Under the pieces are notes generated by a model. It searched no databases, was not told the origin of the DNA, and saw nothing but the letters and a program-made list of their open reading frames with translations. From assembly GCF_000196355.1 (NCBI RefSeq), contig NC_007614.1, positions 2,670,001-2,702,000 of the forward strand: a stretch of 32,000 nucleotides of DNA, in the 5' to 3' direction. This stretch comes from Nitrosospira multiformis ATCC 25196 (GTDB lineage Bacteria > Pseudomonadota > Gammaproteobacteria > Burkholderiales > Nitrosomonadaceae). Each line of letters begins with the position of its first letter. The first letter of the stretch is position 1. Of the stretch, positions 30,290-32,000 are shown piece by piece. The translations under genes and the position numbers were made by a program.

Positions 30290-31693
30290 CTAGGCACCAA
30301 AGGCAAAAACTCCGCCTTTCCGGGTTTGTACCGCAATACCATTGGGCAAGGATATGGGACGGGCGGTAATAGCACTTTCGTCGGTTCCGGACCGCGCAAT
30401 AATGGCGCCATTGTCCTTCCTGATGAAATTTACATAACCTTGGGAATCTCCTACCACGATACGAGCGCCGTGCACCAGCGGAGCGGATAACTTGAGTCCG
30501 TTGAGCAGATCCTGGGCCCATATGCTGGTGCCATCCCTTTTGTCGTAAGCCACTATTCCGCCCCTGTTCTCGCTCACATAAACGTAATTGTCATCCATGG
30601 CCAGACCGGCATTGCTGGATACATCACGGGTCCAGATCTGGTTACCGGCTGTGATATCGAAGCAGGCGATACGCCCCTGGTAGGCAACGGCGCACACCTG
30701 CTGCTCATCCAGAACGGGCAAACTGGTGACATCCGAAATTCGCTCAAGTTCGGTGGCGCCTCTCGGCCGTGATACCATTGCTTCCCAAACCAGACTGCCA
30801 TTCGAAAGATTCAGGGCCACGAGCCTGCCCCCGGCAAAACCGGCATATACCCTATCATCGGCAATCAGCGCGCCAGCGAAACTCCGTACCGTCAGCGATG
30901 GGGTAGCGCCCTGATAAACCCACTTGCGCTTGCCGCTCTCGCTATCCAGCCCGTATATACGGCCGTCTCCCGTGCGAACGACTACCACGCCCATTCCGGC
31001 ATGCGGGGGACTCAACACTTCCGTTGAAAGATTCGCAGTCCACTTCGGTTTGCCGCTTTTCTCGTCAAAAGCCAGCACCTCGCCCTTGAAAGTGCCCACC
31101 AGCAGCATACCATCTCCCGTGCCAATTCCACCCGCGAGAGGATGCTTGGTGTCGATGACGCCCGAAGCCTTGCCAGAAGCCGGGTCGAAACGCACAAGAC
31201 GACCATCCGGTCCCCCTGCGTAGACAGCGCCATCGCCGAAAACCGGCAGAAATACAGCCGCCGGACTTTCCTCGACACTCGCCTCCCAACCGGGGCGCGT
31301 GCTGGGGATCACCTCCAGCTGTGCGATCTGCTCCGGGCTCATTTGAACCTCACCTGATCCGAAAAGATCCGTAATACCGGATACATCGATATCAGCAAGA
31401 CTGCGGGTCACATCGCGCACCATATCTACCATGCCTGCACATCCGGAAAGCGTCAAGGACGATACGAACAGCAGAACATAGGGCCAGAATGCACTATTCG
31501 CCAAGTGAAACGGACGCGCTTCTCCCGGGAGTGATATTTCCTTGGGCACGCCATTGGCCCCGGCAATAGGGCTTCCAGGCGAATCCGCAGGCACGGGAAA
31601 CACATTCAGCGACTCATCGGCTGAAGCTTTGCTTGCGCGCATTTTCCTGTTTATGAGAAGGAGTAGTTGCGAAAAAATCAACGAGCCGATCAA
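30290..31693 (-). CDS. bamB: Outer membrane assembly lipoprotein BamB; true start may be internal
   Basis: PQQ-like beta-propeller repeats (GTFKGEVLAFDEKSGKPKWTANLSTEVLSPPHAG; DGRIYGLDSESGKRKW); lipobox LTLSGC; location immediately upstream of der. Confidence 0.93.
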   Translation of the reverse strand: MIGSLIFSQLLLLINRKMRASKASADESLNVFPVPADSPGSPIAGANGVPKEISLPGEARPFHLANSAFWPYVLLFVSSLTLSGCAGMVDMVRDVTRSLADIDVSGITDLFGSGEVQMSPEQIAQLEVIPSTRPGWEASVEESPAAVFLPVFGDGAVYAGGPDGRLVRFDPASGKASGVIDTKHPLAGGIGTGDGMLLVGTFKGEVLAFDEKSGKPKWTANLSTEVLSPPHAGMGVVVVRTGDGRIYGLDSESGKRKWVYQGATPSLTVRSFAGALIADDRVYAGFAGGRLVALNLSNGSLVWEAMVSRPRGATELERISDVTSLPVLDEQQVCAVAYQGRIACFDITAGNQIWTRDVSSNAGLAMDDNYVYVSENRGGIVAYDKRDGTSIWAQDLLNGLKLSAPLVHGARIVVGDSQGYVNFIRKDNGAIIARSGTDESAITARPISLPNGIAVQTRKGGVFAFGA

Positions 31694-31796
31694 GGCATAT
31701 CAGGTTAAGGGAGCGGCTTCCAGAGTGGACCGGCTGCACAGCCGCCAGGAGTGGCGGCTCGCGCTGGAGTTTATCCGGTTTATATCGAAACTGTAA

Positions 31797-32000
31797 CTAT
31801 TTGGCGCTTGGCAGCGCATCCAGCTTCATCTGCACGATATCATAGTAAGTGCTGCCGGGACTTATCCTGGCAAGCGCCATTTGATAAGCTGCCCGGGCTT
31901 CCCCAAATTTCCCGGTGGCCGTCAGCACATCGCCCCGGCGATCGGCATAAAGTCCGTCGAAGGATTCCCCGTGCTTGACCTCAAGCAAGCGCAGCGCCTC
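31797..32000 (-). CDS. YfgM/TPR-like protein, C-terminal fragment truncated by the window edge
   Basis: LLEVKHGESFDGLYADRRGDVLTATGKFGEARAAYQMALARISPGSTYYDIVQMKLDAL. The frame stays open to the window end. The yfgM-bamB-der order is conserved. Confidence 0.8.
   Translation of the reverse strand, partial: EALRLLEVKHGESFDGLYADRRGDVLTATGKFGEARAAYQMALARISPGSTYYDIVQMKLDALPSAK

Overview
The 32 kb window looks chromosomal, from a Betaproteobacterium-like genome (inferred from gene content; not verified). Left part: hpnD, groEL/groES behind a perfect CIRCE operator, a small unknown ORF followed by an IS5-family element, an isoprenylcysteine-methyltransferase-like membrane protein, and an AAA+ ATPase with a GspE-N-like N-terminus. 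Centre (about 7.7-20.0 kb): a complete tad/flp tight-adherence pilus locus on the minus strand (flp, cpaA/tadV, rcpC/cpaB, rcpA/cpaC, small Gly-rich lipoprotein, tadG, two tadE-like genes, tadZ/cpaE, tadA, tadB, tadC, TPR/tadD-like lipoprotein). Right part: bioA, a dacB-type PBP4, an orphan HNH nuclease, trpE, gph, rpe, apaG, der, bamB and a truncated YfgM-like gene. I see no tRNA, rRNA or CRISPR. I found no clearly new enzymatic system. The most interesting signal is non-coding: GTAC-rich repeats upstream of flp and upstream of rcpC, with an exact 20-bp copy of part of the flp-upstream element about 15 kb away at 5054-5073. Other curiosities are a bioA start codon buried in a 10-bp tandem array that creates ATGA-coupled mini-ORFs, an IS insertion exactly at a stop codon that the target duplication preserves, a 12-bp perfect inverted repeat next to the IS, and several short tandem duplications.
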